A stretch of 64,000 nucleotides of DNA, from the NCBI GenBank assembly GCA_963771465.1, contig CAVYTU010000013.1:384001-448000 (forward strand), in the 5' to 3' direction. The notes under the pieces were generated by a model, which saw only the letters and a program-made list of their open reading frames with translations, had not been told where the DNA came from and did not search any database. The position numbers were made by a program, and so were the translations under genes. Source of the stretch: an uncultured delta proteobacterium (GTDB taxonomy: Bacteria; Desulfobacterota; Binatia; UBA9968). Every line of letters starts with the position of its first letter. Position 1 is the first letter of the stretch. This document shows positions 63,712 to 64,000 of this stretch, piece after piece.

Positions 63712-64000
63712 TTAGAACTCCCCAAGCTGTTTTTTGACGATGCATTCATTACAGATCGTGGAATTATCCGGCGCGTCTTGGGTCGACACGTAATCATCCA
63801 TCGGCCACTGAGAGCAATCTGAGCAGATGTGCCAAGTATCGCCAGTCTTGGTTTTTCGATATTCGCCGCCGATTACCGAGCTTAGCGCTTTCTCTAAGTA
63901 GGGAGCAGCGAGGGGATAGAATCGGTTTGCGCGTTCAAGGATGAGTTTCAGGTCGTCAATTTCGCAGAACATTTCTACGATGGAGTAATTGTCTGTGAGC
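63712..64000 (-). CDS. Near-identical paralog of 60419 (5' end beyond the window)
   Basis: About 20 mismatches in 289 bp versus 60419-60707 (hand count). Confidence 0.75.
   Translation of the reverse strand, partial: LTDNYSIVEMFCEIDDLKLILERANRFYPLAAPYLEKALSSVIGGEYRKTKTGDTWHICSDCSQWPMDDYVSTQDAPDNSTICNECIVKKQLGEF

Noticed and set aside
60419-64000. Diversity-generating retroelement TR/VR pair
   Set aside because: Mismatches are not adenine-specific and there is no reverse transcriptase in the window

Overview
GC-rich bacterial chromosomal DNA; the gene style suggests a deltaproteobacterial/Binatia-like lineage, which is inference only. In order: (1) a coiled-coil/SH3 membrane protein, a Pho-box-preceded pstSCAB operon ending in a PhnA-like hydrolase, two orphan ABC binding proteins, a Cys phosphatase and gluQ; (2) a 3.66-kb integrase-less islet at the 3' end of tRNA-Sec (25/27-bp att duplication) carrying a tyrosinase / HEAT-repeat / atypical SCO operon; (3) a ~45-kb stress or hypoxia region with 6 USP genes, 2 CBS proteins, HPF-CSD, YbaK, NdvB, ferritin-like, hemerythrin-like, cytochromes c, a P-type ATPase, GlgP, Hsp20 and decayed FNT, qNor and cDPGS genes, built around a FixL-like heme-PAS kinase and an NtrC-family activator. 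Reading by eye I found about 18 sigma54 -24/-12 boxes, several back-to-back, and recurrent tandem TTTCGCA-N4-TGCGAAA-like sites spaced 30-32 bp, consistent with one sigma54 regulon resembling the DosR regulon in content; (4) a distal patch of small, paralogous, domain-shuffled Cys-rich proteins. All calls come from motif reading, without database searches.
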